A DNA stretch of 64,000 bases from Candidatus Parcubacteria bacterium (lineage in GTDB: Bacteria; Patescibacteriota; Minisyncoccia; Phycocordibacterales; JAKFXT01), in NCBI GenBank assembly GCA_021414235.1, contig JAIOOV010000004.1, positions 254,456-318,455 of the forward strand, given 5' to 3'. The notes under the pieces were generated by a model, which saw nothing but the letters and a program-made list of their open reading frames with translations, searched no databases and was not told the DNA's origin. Position numbers and translations under genes: made by a program. Below, piece after piece: positions 19,872 to 29,432 of this stretch; the stretch's first letter is position 1; each line of letters begins with the position of its first letter.

Positions 19872-21131
19872 ATGTTAGACATCAAATTCATCCTGGAAAC
19901 TAAAGACCTCATTGCGGATGCTGCCCGCCGCAAGCACCTCGATTTCGATGTGGAAGCCCTCATCGCCGTAGACGACCGTCGCAAGGCAGCCCTCCTCTCC
20001 ATCGAGGCGAAGCGAGCTGAGCAGAATGCGGCGTCCCTTAAGATAAGCACTGCTGCGCCTGAGGAGCGCGCTACGCTCATCGCCGAGATGACTACCCTCA
20101 AGGAGGCGCTCGGCAAAGAAGAGGAGGATCTCAAGGAGATCATGAAGGAATGGCAGGGGCTCATGGTGCGCGTACCGAATATCCCGGATATGTCCGTGCC
20201 GGAAGGGGATAGTGATGCGGACAACCAGGAGGTGAAGGTCTGGGGAGAGAAGCCGCAGTTCTCCTTTGCTCCCAAGAGCCATGTGGAACTCATGGAGAAG
20301 CATAAAATGGTGGATCTTGAGCGCGGCTCCAAGGTGGCGGGCTTCCGCGGTTACTTCCTCACGGGTGCAGGAGCGGAACTCAACTTCGCCCTCTGGAAGT
20401 TCATCATCGATTTCTGGAGCAAGAAGGGCTTCACCTTCATGATCGCGCCGTCTCTCGTTAAGCGTGAGTCCTTCATGGGTACCGGGTATCTCCCGCAGAG
20501 CGAGGAGGATTTGTATAAGACGCAGGACGGGGACTATCTCGCGGGTACCGCGGAGGTGGCCACCATGGGCTACTACATGGACGAAGTGGTGGATAAGGCA
20601 GAACTTCCGACCAAGTTCTTCGCCTTCTCTCCCTGCTTCCGCAGGGAAGCAGGGAGCCACGGCAAGGACACCAAGGGCATCATGCGCGTGCATGAGTTCT
20701 TCAAGTTCGAGCAGGTGGTGCTCTGCGAAGCGTCTCACGAGGAGTCTGTGCGTTGGCACGAAGAGCTCACCAAGAATTCCGAGGACTTCATCCAGGCGCT
20801 TGGTCTCCCGTACCATGTGGTGGTGAACTGTGGAGGAGACCTCGGCCTAGGTCAGGTGAAGAAGTATGACATCGAATGTTGGGTCCCCTCGGAAGGTAAA
20901 TACCGCGAGACGCACTCTTCTTCCTATTTCCATGATTTCCAGACGCGCCGTCTCAATATCCGCTACAAGGATGCAGAAGGTAAGACTCGTTTTCCGCACT
21001 CGCTCAACAACACTGCTGCCGCTACTCCGCGCCTCCTCATCTCTCTCATTGAAAACAATCAGCAGGAAGACGGTTCCATCAAGATACCGGAAGCCCTGCG
21101 CCCTTATTTTGGCCGTGACGTAATCTCCTAG
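19872..21131 (+). CDS. serS: Serine--tRNA ligase
   Basis: MLDIKFI start, GTAE, CFRREAGSHG, RVHEF.K.EQ, DFQTRRLNIR. Confidence 0.97.
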   Translation: MLDIKFILETKDLIADAARRKHLDFDVEALIAVDDRRKAALLSIEAKRAEQNAASLKISTAAPEERATLIAEMTTLKEALGKEEEDLKEIMKEWQGLMVRVPNIPDMSVPEGDSDADNQEVKVWGEKPQFSFAPKSHVELMEKHKMVDLERGSKVAGFRGYFLTGAGAELNFALWKFIIDFWSKKGFTFMIAPSLVKRESFMGTGYLPQSEEDLYKTQDGDYLAGTAEVATMGYYMDEVVDKAELPTKFFAFSPCFRREAGSHGKDTKGIMRVHEFFKFEQVVLCEASHEESVRWHEELTKNSEDFIQALGLPYHVVVNCGGDLGLGQVKKYDIECWVPSEGKYRETHSSSYFHDFQTRRLNIRYKDAEGKTRFPHSLNNTAAATPRLLISLIENNQQEDGSIKIPEALRPYFGRDVIS

Positions 21132-21135
21132 GGAT

Positions 21136-22035
21136 ATGATTCCTTCCCGGGGCAACGTACAGTCCTCCCGGCTGGCTCAGCGCCGCCGGAAGGTTTTTTT
21201 CGTAAAGATCGGGTTCTTCGGCATCCTTTCACTCTTGGTGCTTCTCGGCGCATTCTTCCTCCTGCGTAATGAACGGATCACCATTGTACGCGCCTATACC
21301 GAAGGTAACTCTGCTATCAGCACCGAGGATCTGCAGAGAGTGGTGCGCGAGAAGATCAGTGGTTCTTATTTCTATCTGATCCCGAAGAGCAACATCCTTT
21401 TCTATCCCCGCGCCGAGGTGGAAGCGGCGATCGCGGCGGCTTTCCCACGGGTTGAGAAAGTAGAGGTAGGGAAGCGCGATCTCACCGCGATCACTGTTTC
21501 CGTCGCAGAGAAGCGTCCATACGCACTCTGGTGCGGAGAAGCCTACTCCTCGGCGGATGGCGGCCGCTGCTTCTTCCTCGACAAGAACGGCCAGGTATTC
21601 GCCAAGGCGCCGGATTTCTCCGGTGTCGTATTCATGCGCTACTACGGCGGCGGCCTTGGTGGAGATCCGGTAGGGAAGGGAGTGCTGCCCACGGAGGAGT
21701 TCAAGACGTTTCAATTCTTCTTAGAGACCTTGAAGAGGGAGGGCTTCGCGGTATCTTCCGTAGCGTTCCTCGGGGGCGGAGTCACCGAGGGGTATTTTGA
21801 TAATGGAGGGAAGATACTGTTCAACCGCTCGCAGGATCTGGCGCAGGTGATACAGAACCTCAAGCTCCTCATTGAGAGCAGTAATTTCGCAGGTAAGGAC
21901 TCCTCGGGCAAGTTCCTGGTGGACTATATAGATCTCCAATCCCCCAACAAGATTTTTTATAAGCCGAGGAGCAAAGCGAAGCCGGTAGTGACTACTACGA
22001 CTTCGACGAGTACGGCGACGACGACGCGTCAGTAA
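21136..22035 (+). CDS. FtsQ/DivIB-like cell division protein
   Basis: Basic N-terminus, one TM, POTRA-like region, YIDL..NKIFY tail, Thr-rich end. Confidence 0.65.
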   Translation: MIPSRGNVQSSRLAQRRRKVFFVKIGFFGILSLLVLLGAFFLLRNERITIVRAYTEGNSAISTEDLQRVVREKISGSYFYLIPKSNILFYPRAEVEAAIAAAFPRVEKVEVGKRDLTAITVSVAEKRPYALWCGEAYSSADGGRCFFLDKNGQVFAKAPDFSGVVFMRYYGGGLGGDPVGKGVLPTEEFKTFQFFLETLKREGFAVSSVAFLGGGVTEGYFDNGGKILFNRSQDLAQVIQNLKLLIESSNFAGKDSSGKFLVDYIDLQSPNKIFYKPRSKAKPVVTTTTSTSTATTTRQ

Positions 22036-22046
22036 AAAAAAAGAAT

Positions 22047-22067
22047 GGCGGACCTTGCGGGTCCGCC
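22047..22067 (-). terminator. Terminator hairpin
   Basis: GGCGGACC-TTGCG-GGTCCGCC preceded by an A-run. Confidence 0.65.
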
Positions 22068-22081
22068 GAGTGCCGGGGGGC

Positions 22082-22327
22082 TTATTTCTTCTTGTGGGTG
22101 GACGCTTCTTCGCTGAGGGATTGAACGATGAGTTTCAGCCGTTCGCGGAAGCTCATCTTCGTGCGGTTTCGCCATCGCTTCATGGCCCGCTGCAAAGGAT
22201 CCTTGATCCAGTAGTCCCAGATTGGGACGATCGGACCAGCATCCATATTCGCAAGGTCCCGAGCGATGTGGCGCCTGCGAGGACTCTCCTCTGTTTTAAG
22301 GAGAATTTGTCCGAATGCCTTCATCAT
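22082..22327 (-). CDS. Small basic hypothetical protein
   Basis: Strong SD GGGAGGT, upstream CATAAT, own terminator. Confidence 0.55.
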   Translation of the reverse strand: MMKAFGQILLKTEESPRRRHIARDLANMDAGPIVPIWDYWIKDPLQRAMKRWRNRTKMSFRERLKLIVQSLSEEASTHKKK

Positions 22328-22378
22328 GAGGCACCTCCCTTTCTGGACGGATTATGGCATACGTGTTTTAACTAGCAA

Positions 22379-23326
22379 ATGTCTTTCTGGCGACAACTTA
22401 AGAAGCCCGTCATGGTGCTCGCGCCTATGGCTGATGTCACGGATACGGCCTTTCGCCGTATCATCGCCAAGTACGGCAAGCCCGACGTCACCTGGACGGA
22501 GTTCGTCTCTGCGGATGGGCTCTGTTCGCCTGGCCGCGAGATCCTTTTGCATGATCTGAAATATACGGAAGCTGAGCGTCCTATTGTCGCTCAGCTCTTC
22601 ACCTCGCATCCCGAGAAGATGGAACAGGCTGCGGCCCTCGCGGAGAAGCTTGGCTTTGATGGTATCGATATCAACATGGGCTGTCCGGATAGGAGTATAG
22701 AGAAGCAGGGTGCAGGTGCGGCCATGATCAAGAATCCTGCCCAGGCCAAGGAAGTCATTCGCGCAGCTAAGCGCGGCACGAAACTGCCCATCTCTGTGAA
22801 GACCCGCGTCGGCTACAACAAGGTAGAGCTCGAAGAGTGGCTGCCCGCGCTTCTTGAAGAGGATATCGCCGTGCTCACGGTACACGCGCGTACTAGGAAG
22901 GAGATGTCGGCGGTGCCTGCTCGTTGGGAGCATGTGAAGCGAGCGGTAGAGATCAGGGATGCGATGGGCAAGGAGACCCTTATATTCGGTAACGGAGACG
23001 TTACTGATCTTGCTGATGCCAGGAAGAAGATATCGGAGACGGGGGCGGATGGAGTAATGCTCGGTCGTGCCATCTTCGGCAATCCGTGGCTCTTCGCTGA
23101 GAAGATCCCTTCGCTCGAAGAGAAGCTGCGGGTGATGGTGGAGCACACCAAGGCCTTTGAAGATCTGCTCGGGGGAGTGAAGAGCTTTTCCATAATGAAG
23201 AAGCACTACAAGGCGTATGTGAACGGCTTCGACGGGGCCAAGGAGCTGCGGGTGGAGCTTATGGAAGCCAAGGACGCGGCGGAGGTGGCGGCGATCACGG
23301 AGAGGTTCTTGAAGAGCGACGCTTGA
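22379..23326 (+). CDS. dus: tRNA-dihydrouridine synthase
   Basis: LAPMADVTD, DINMGCP, SVKTRVG, VHART, GNGD, GVMLGRAIFGNPW. Confidence 0.93.
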   Translation: MSFWRQLKKPVMVLAPMADVTDTAFRRIIAKYGKPDVTWTEFVSADGLCSPGREILLHDLKYTEAERPIVAQLFTSHPEKMEQAAALAEKLGFDGIDINMGCPDRSIEKQGAGAAMIKNPAQAKEVIRAAKRGTKLPISVKTRVGYNKVELEEWLPALLEEDIAVLTVHARTRKEMSAVPARWEHVKRAVEIRDAMGKETLIFGNGDVTDLADARKKISETGADGVMLGRAIFGNPWLFAEKIPSLEEKLRVMVEHTKAFEDLLGGVKSFSIMKKHYKAYVNGFDGAKELRVELMEAKDAAEVAAITERFLKSDA

Positions 23327-23384
23327 TTGCCTCCGCTCGGCGGGTGTGGTTAACTTTTCCCGAACTGAACATTGGGAGGCGTAG

Positions 23385-24044
23385 ATGGATGACGGTTCAT
23401 GCGTAGGCCTGTCGGGCGCCGATAAGGCGGCGGTCTTCAAAGCCATGTTCGATGCGGAGGGGTGCATCAGTTTTCCTGCTGAACCCCTGGTCCTCAGTTC
23501 AGGGATCCTCTCTCCGGTCTTCTTCGATATGCAGCGGCTTCCGAGCGTGGCTGCCTGGCGGGGGATCATCGCTCTCTTCGGCCGGGTCATCGATCCCAGC
23601 ATACGCAGGATCGCTGGCGTGTATTCCGGCGGGGTCTTCCATGCCCCGACCATCGGCTACACCCTCGGCAAGGAGCATATCTGCGTGCGTCCCGCGCATG
23701 ACGAGTCGGGGAAGGGGCGTCCTCATGTCTTGTACTCTGGCAACCTCAGCGGTTCCAGCATCATCCTCGTCGAGGACGCGGTGACGACGGCAGGAAGCCT
23801 GACCAGGGCAGCTACCCACTTGCGCAGCCCCGATGTCGGCGCGGTGGTCAAGGAGGCCGTCTCTATCCTGAGCTATGACTTTGCCGAGACGAGGGAGAAC
23901 CTGGTGAAAGCTGGGATCGTCCTGTACTCCCTCGTCACTCTGGCCGAACTCATCAGCGAGATGCTTCGGAGGGAGTTCATCCCCGAGAAGAAGGCGGCAC
24001 TCGTCCGGGAGTGGCACAAGGATCCCCGGGCTTTCCGCTTCTGA
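23385..24044 (+). CDS. Divergent orotate phosphoribosyltransferase-like protein
   Basis: LSSGILSPVFFD, PRPP motif LVEDAVTTAGS, W..DP tail; SD GGGAGG. Confidence 0.75.
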   Translation: MDDGSCVGLSGADKAAVFKAMFDAEGCISFPAEPLVLSSGILSPVFFDMQRLPSVAAWRGIIALFGRVIDPSIRRIAGVYSGGVFHAPTIGYTLGKEHICVRPAHDESGKGRPHVLYSGNLSGSSIILVEDAVTTAGSLTRAATHLRSPDVGAVVKEAVSILSYDFAETRENLVKAGIVLYSLVTLAELISEMLRREFIPEKKAALVREWHKDPRAFRF

Positions 24045-24107
24045 CCCCCTATTTCTGGCCCAGCCGCTTCGCGCGGCTGGGCCCTTCTTTTTTGGTATAC
24101 TCTCTCC

Positions 24108-25151
24108 ATGTCCGACGAAGTCCTCTATCGCAAATACCGCCCCAAGGACTTCTCCGAAGTCCGCGGTCAGGATCATGTAGTGAAGCCGCTCCAAGCTGCC
24201 TCCGAGAACAATAAGGTAGCCCATGCCTATCTCTTCTCCGGCTCCCGCGGCACGGGTAAGACCAGCATCGCTCGTATATTTGCCCGCTCTCTCGGGGTTT
24301 CCCCTGAGGATTTCTATGAAATAGACGGTGCGTCGAACCGCGGTATCGATGAAGTGCGCGAGCTCCGCGAGGCCGTGCACACGCTGCCGTTCCGCTCTCC
24401 CTACAAGGTGTACCTCATCGACGAGGCGCACATGCTCACGCCGCAGGCCTGGAATGCGCTCCTTAAGACCCTGGAAGAACCGCCTGCGCATGTGATCTTC
24501 ATGTTCGCCACCACCGAGCTCGACAAGGTGCTAGAGACAGTCATCTCCCGTTGTCAGGTATTTACGCTGAAGAAGCCGCCCCTCTCTGTGCTCAAGGATA
24601 CGGTGCTTCATGTAGCCAAGGCGGAAGGCTTTACGCTCGAAGCTGCTTCTGCGGAACTGGTGGCGCTCATGGGTGATGGTTCTTTCCGCGATACGCTCGG
24701 GATATTGCAGAAGGTGATCGGGGCTTCGGGGGACAAGAGGATAAGCAAGGAGGAGGTGGAGATGGTTACAGGTGCTCCGCGTGGGAGCCTCTTAAACGAT
24801 GTGCTTCTTGGTATCGAGGAGGCGGATCTCGGCCGTGCGCTTGGAGCTATCCGTACTGCCGCGAGCCAGAACATTGATTTCTCCGTATTTACGAGGCTTC
24901 TCTTGGAGCGTATGCGTGCGCTCCTCTTCCTCCGCTTCGTGAAGTCTTCTGAAGAAGAGTTGCGCCAGACCTTCGGGGAAGAGGATTTTAAGGTGCTCTC
25001 GGAGCTAGCAGGGAAGAAGGGTTCTCGTATTACTTCGGCGACACTCTCTGAGTTCCTCTCCGCGAGTGCTCAAGTGGGCTATGTGGCCGTGCCTGAGCTA
25101 CCCTTACAGCTCGCGCTGATGAGGGTCATAGGGGAGGGGAAACAGGCGTAA
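24108..25151 (+). CDS. dnaX: DNA polymerase III subunit gamma/tau
   Basis: LYRKYRP, GSRGTGKT, DGASNRGID, IDEAHML, NALLKTLEEPP, SRC. Confidence 0.96.
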   Translation: MSDEVLYRKYRPKDFSEVRGQDHVVKPLQAASENNKVAHAYLFSGSRGTGKTSIARIFARSLGVSPEDFYEIDGASNRGIDEVRELREAVHTLPFRSPYKVYLIDEAHMLTPQAWNALLKTLEEPPAHVIFMFATTELDKVLETVISRCQVFTLKKPPLSVLKDTVLHVAKAEGFTLEAASAELVALMGDGSFRDTLGILQKVIGASGDKRISKEEVEMVTGAPRGSLLNDVLLGIEEADLGRALGAIRTAASQNIDFSVFTRLLLERMRALLFLRFVKSSEEELRQTFGEEDFKVLSELAGKKGSRITSATLSEFLSASAQVGYVAVPELPLQLALMRVIGEGKQA

Positions 25152-25181
25152 GCCTGTGCTAGGCTAGCAGAGTCAGGATAT

Positions 25182-25252
25182 TGGGGGATCGTCTAACGGC
25201 AGGACCGTGGCCTTTGAAGCCATGAATTTTGGTTCGAATCCAAATCCCCCAG
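25182..25252 (+). tRNA. tRNA-Gln(TTG)
   Basis: TGGGGGA/TCCCCCA acceptor, loop CTTTGAA, GGTTCGAATCC; CCA not encoded. Confidence 0.93.
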
Positions 25253-25418
25253 CAAAGTTGAGATAGGTTCGGAGTCGTTTCTCAAATATTGATCCTTCGG
25301 TAAGGGTTGTATTTTGTATGGATAACCCGGTATGGATTTCGTATCTCAGATGCTACTGTTTATTCAGGCTCATCGAGCCGGAAGTCTAGTCATTCAAACT
25401 GATTACGGAGGTTTCGTC

Positions 25419-25826
25419 ATGAAGAGACTCGGCATTCTCATGCTCCTCGTGGGCGTGATGTTCCTTTCGAGCGTTGGCGTCGCCAGCGCAACGAGCCACG
25501 GCGGCGCTCCTGCGAGCATGAGCCTCGTGGCGATGCTGATGTTCGAGATCGAACACTTCATCATCCACATGGGGCTGACCATGCAGGCGCTCCTGCTGTG
25601 CATCCTCTCGCCGTCATATGGCTGGACGATGCTCGGCGACCAGACGCTCTGCGCGTCCGTCACGCCGCTCGTCGGCCTGCTGTTCGGCTCGGCCGCGGGC
25701 GCTCTCGCGACCTTCGTGCTCACGATCGTCGCTGCTGCGCTGCTTTTCGTCTGGCTCGTGGAGAAGGCGTGGTTCGCCCTTCTGCGCGTGTCATCCAGGC
25801 AGCGGATCATTTCGACCGCCGCCTGA
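25419..25826 (+). CDS. Hypothetical exported/membrane protein
   Basis: SD GGAGGT, signal peptide MKRLG..VASA, hydrophobic segments, terminator at 25850-25879. Confidence 0.65.
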   Translation: MKRLGILMLLVGVMFLSSVGVASATSHGGAPASMSLVAMLMFEIEHFIIHMGLTMQALLLCILSPSYGWTMLGDQTLCASVTPLVGLLFGSAAGALATFVLTIVAAALLFVWLVEKAWFALLRVSSRQRIISTAA

Positions 25827-25895
25827 GCATCTGTGGCGGCGTCGGTATGGAGGCCGGGATTCGTCCCGGCCTCTTTCCTTTTGTATACTTCGTGC

Positions 25896-26753
25896 ATGTC
25901 GATCGACAGTCTCTTTAAAGGCAAACTCGATCTTACGGGGTGGGAGCGTTACCGCGTCACTGAAGATTTTTCGTACGAAGGGGTTCCTATTCCTGGACTC
26001 CGTCAGGAAGCCTACCAGCGCCTGATTGACGGCGTGCTAGTGTCGATCGGTGTTTTCCATTACCGCGGCGTCCCTGCGTATATCGCATGGGGAGAGAAGG
26101 CCGCCTATCACTGCGGTTTCCACGCGCCTCTCTCGCCGGAGGCGATCGTGTTCGATACGCGCATCAGCTGCCCCGAAGTGAAGCCGATGAAGGATTTCCA
26201 GGGTCAGGTGACGGGGTTTGTACTCGATGGAAAAGAGACGTTTGGAAGCGGGTCGCTCGTTCCAGAGATCGTGAGTATGAAGGATATAAAGAGATTCCTT
26301 CCTCTTGTTCTCGCGCTCGCCCTTGTCACCGGATGGGCGACGGTCAGGAACTTCCCGCTCGGCGATTCCCATGCGTGGCACGGATGGATGATCGACTTTA
26401 TGGCGGGCTTCTTCCTCCTGTTCGGCGGGTTGAAGGTCGCGGATATCCGCGGCTTCGCCAGGGCGTACGGTAAGTACGATCTTATCGCCATGCGGTTCCC
26501 CGCATGGGGTTACCTCTATGCGCTGCTCGAGGTGGGGCTCGGGGTGCTTTACCTCACCAGGTCTTTCCTGGTCGCTGCGAACGTGGGGACCATCTTCCTT
26601 CTTGGTATCGCTTCTATCGGGGTGTATCGGAAATTACGTAAAAAGGACGATACGGCGTGCGCGTGCCTCGGCGCTTTCTTCTCTGTCCCTATTACCTGGC
26701 TCACTCTCGCTGAGAATATCCTGATGATCGGGATGGCGGTCGCGATGCTCTAG
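25896..26753 (+). CDS. Unknown N-terminal domain fused to MauE/DoxX-like membrane domain
   Basis: FMAGFFLLF..LK..DI.GFA..Y..YDLIA, CACLG, L.EN..M. Confidence 0.7.
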   Translation: MSIDSLFKGKLDLTGWERYRVTEDFSYEGVPIPGLRQEAYQRLIDGVLVSIGVFHYRGVPAYIAWGEKAAYHCGFHAPLSPEAIVFDTRISCPEVKPMKDFQGQVTGFVLDGKETFGSGSLVPEIVSMKDIKRFLPLVLALALVTGWATVRNFPLGDSHAWHGWMIDFMAGFFLLFGGLKVADIRGFARAYGKYDLIAMRFPAWGYLYALLEVGLGVLYLTRSFLVAANVGTIFLLGIASIGVYRKLRKKDDTACACLGAFFSVPITWLTLAENILMIGMAVAML

Positions 26754-26834
26754 CGTCCATGACTCCCTCCGAGCCAGAGGAGCCTCATTGAATTAACCAC
26801 AGGGGCATATCGATGCAGGCGGTATACTTGTTGT

Positions 26835-27302
26835 ATGAATAAAAAAGACTGGCTCGCGCTTGCGGGATTCGTGGCCCTCGCGCAGGGTGCGGGCATCCTC
26901 GGATCACTATTCACTGCGCCCTCAATCGGCACATGGTACGCCACTCTCGTGCGTCCGGAGCTCTCTCCACCCAACTGGGTATTCGCCCCGGTGTGGACGA
27001 CGCTCTTCCTCCTCATGGGTATCGCCGCGTTCCTGGTGTGGCGGCAGGGAAGGAAGGGGAGAGTGGCGCTCGGCATCTTCCTCCTCCAGCTCGTGCTCAA
27101 TACGCTCTGGTCCATACTCTTCTTCGGTCTACAGAGCCCGGGTGCTGCTCTCGTCGATATCGTCTTCCTCTGGTTGGCTATAGTGGCGACGATCATCGCT
27201 TTTGCGCGGGTCTCCACTCCTGCCGCCTGGCTCCTTGCACCCTACATCGCCTGGGTCTCCTTCGCTGCCTACCTCAACTACGCGATCTGGACGCTGAATT
27301 AG
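26835..27302 (+). CDS. tspO: TspO/MBR tryptophan-rich sensory protein
   Basis: WY..L.RP...PPNWVFAPVWT, LN.LWS.LFFG, PYIAWVSFA..LN. Confidence 0.93.
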   Translation: MNKKDWLALAGFVALAQGAGILGSLFTAPSIGTWYATLVRPELSPPNWVFAPVWTTLFLLMGIAAFLVWRQGRKGRVALGIFLLQLVLNTLWSILFFGLQSPGAALVDIVFLWLAIVATIIAFARVSTPAAWLLAPYIAWVSFAAYLNYAIWTLN

Positions 27303-27348
27303 ACTCTGGGCGTTCCTGCGGGGTTCCTCCTTGCGCTATACTACCGGC

Positions 27349-27819
27349 ATGAATACATCATCGCTTCTCGCTACGCTCCGTATCGCGATAGGGTGCTTCT
27401 TTTTCTATGCCGGTATCGTAAAAGTGATGAATCCCGCCTGGTCTGCCGCGGGGTTCTTGAATAACGCGAAGACATTTCCGGAATTCTATGCCTGGTTTGC
27501 ACAGCCCGGCATCCTCCCGTGGACGAACCTGCTGAACGAATGGAGTCTGACCCTGGTCGGGGTAGCGCTCATCCTTGGCATCGGCGTCCGCTTGGCCTCC
27601 TTCGGCGGCATCCTCCTTATGGCTCTCTACTACTTCCCGTCGCTCTCATTCCCGTACGCAGGGGATCACGCCTACATCGTAGACGAGCACGTCATCTATG
27701 CTCTGCTTCTCGCATATCTCGCGGCAATGAAGGCTGGACGAGTATGGGGACTCGAACGCTGGTGCGCGAACCTGTCGCTGTGCACCCGTTTCCCGAAACT
27801 GCGCGCATTGCTCGGATAA
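27349..27819 (+). CDS. DoxX family membrane protein
   Basis: LRIAIG..F.YAG..K, WSAAGFL, G.ALILG..VR.A. Confidence 0.8.
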   Translation: MNTSSLLATLRIAIGCFFFYAGIVKVMNPAWSAAGFLNNAKTFPEFYAWFAQPGILPWTNLLNEWSLTLVGVALILGIGVRLASFGGILLMALYYFPSLSFPYAGDHAYIVDEHVIYALLLAYLAAMKAGRVWGLERWCANLSLCTRFPKLRALLG

Positions 27820-27822
27820 TTT

Positions 27823-29358
27823 TTAGCGGAAAGAAGCCAGATCCTTGGGATCCTGGAGGGCTGTCCACATACCTATATCCTGCGCTCCGCCGAGGCTGAA
27901 GACGGCGATACCTCGTACGCCGAGTTCGCGGGCGAGCGCTACCTTGTCGGCGATAGCTGTCGCATCACTCCAGGTGAGGTAGTTGAATGGCTTGGTGGTG
28001 TCTACTTGGGAGCCGAGGTTCTGGGCAACTGAAGTCGAGGGCGTGGTTTGTGCCTGCTGGAGCTCTGTAGAGTTGTCTCCGCTCGGAGCGATCGCGGCGA
28101 GCTTGGCCGGATCGTAAGTGAAGCCCATCTCGTTGGCGCTCGTTCTCATCGGAGTGATGCCGAGCTGAGCCGCTATCTGCTTCCCATAGTTGGGATTGAA
28201 GGCCCAGAGCCTCTTGTAGCTGAAGCCGCCGCTGAGGAGGGGAGTGACCTCGTATTCATAGCCATAGGTGGGCACGCCGATGATGATCTTGTCCTTGGCA
28301 ATACTTTGCGCGGCGAGCTGGACGAGCACGCCTACCCAGCCTGGATCGGCGACAGGAGCATAGGGAGCGGAGCGGGCGGCATTCAGGCGCTTGTCGATTG
28401 TGCCCTGATCGTAGGCCATGATCTCTACGCGGTCACAGTAGCGATTGAGCGCATTGTAGTCATTGGCATAGTCCATGGCATCCGGGGGAATGGTCTGCCC
28501 AGGGAGATAGCGGCTCTCAAGCGGCATGCGCGCCTCGATGGTGCAGTAGATGAGTTTCTCTCCCATGCGCATGTCGAGTCCTTTGAGGAAGGTGGAGAAA
28601 TAGTCGATGGTCTCGTGTTTCTTGGCCTCGAAATCGATGTCGATACCATCGAAGTTGTTGTCTTTCACTAGCGCAGCGATCTCGTCTTCGAGTGCGATGC
28701 GGGCTCTCTGGTTGCTCAGTACGTTGTGGATAGGTCCACCTTCGAGCCAGACGACGGTGGGTACTACTTTGACGCCCCGGGCCTTGGCGGCAGCGATGAG
28801 TCCGGTCCAGGGATCCTGTGAGAACTTGTCCTTGCCGAGGAGCTTGCCCGTATCGGACACCTTGTAGCCGAAGGGCATGATGGAAGAGAGCTTGCTGAGG
28901 TTAGGGATGACATCCTTGGTGCCGGAGGCAGCGCGCCAATCAGGAACCCAACCGGAGAACTCCAGAGGGCCAGTGTAGGGGCCAGTGAGAGATTTGCCAG
29001 TGAGGTTTCCAGGATTCTGGGTGCCATCCGCAGGTCCTTCTGCTACGCCGCCGAGTACTGCGCGGGTCTTGGGTCCGTAGACGCCATAGCCTGCTGTGCG
29101 TGAGCCTGCGCAGACTATTTTCTTTTCGCACTGGAACTTCTTGAGGGCGGCTTCCGTGAGGGCTCCGAAGTAGCTGGTGGCCTTACCTTGAGCCAGATAT
29201 CCTCCAGCGATGAGCTTATTCTGCATCGCGGTAACGTCGGCTCCGGAGTGGCCGAGCCAGAGGGAGCGTACGGCTGCTTCTGCGCTTATGGGCGCAAAAG
29301 CGAAGCTGGCGAGGATAAATAAAGAAACAGAGAATATGAATGAGCGTGTCATGTTCAT
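27823..29358 (-). CDS. Secreted peptidoglycan-binding domain + GH18 glycoside hydrolase
   Basis: Signal peptide; G.DV..MQ..L, YFG.LT.AA.K.FQ; catalytic FDGIDIDFE; IMAYD. Confidence 0.85.
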   Translation of the reverse strand: MNMTRSFIFSVSLFILASFAFAPISAEAAVRSLWLGHSGADVTAMQNKLIAGGYLAQGKATSYFGALTEAALKKFQCEKKIVCAGSRTAGYGVYGPKTRAVLGGVAEGPADGTQNPGNLTGKSLTGPYTGPLEFSGWVPDWRAASGTKDVIPNLSKLSSIMPFGYKVSDTGKLLGKDKFSQDPWTGLIAAAKARGVKVVPTVVWLEGGPIHNVLSNQRARIALEDEIAALVKDNNFDGIDIDFEAKKHETIDYFSTFLKGLDMRMGEKLIYCTIEARMPLESRYLPGQTIPPDAMDYANDYNALNRYCDRVEIMAYDQGTIDKRLNAARSAPYAPVADPGWVGVLVQLAAQSIAKDKIIIGVPTYGYEYEVTPLLSGGFSYKRLWAFNPNYGKQIAAQLGITPMRTSANEMGFTYDPAKLAAIAPSGDNSTELQQAQTTPSTSVAQNLGSQVDTTKPFNYLTWSDATAIADKVALARELGVRGIAVFSLGGAQDIGMWTALQDPKDLASFR

Positions 29359-29432
29359 ATAATATCAGACGCATCGGGAGCCGCCTTCTGTCAGCTTCTT
29401 CTTTTGTTGGTGTGCGCGGGTATAATTAACCC

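Noticed and set aside
25252-27819. Integrated element or integron downstream of tRNA-Gln
   Set aside because: No integrase, duplicated tRNA end or attC-like sites found.
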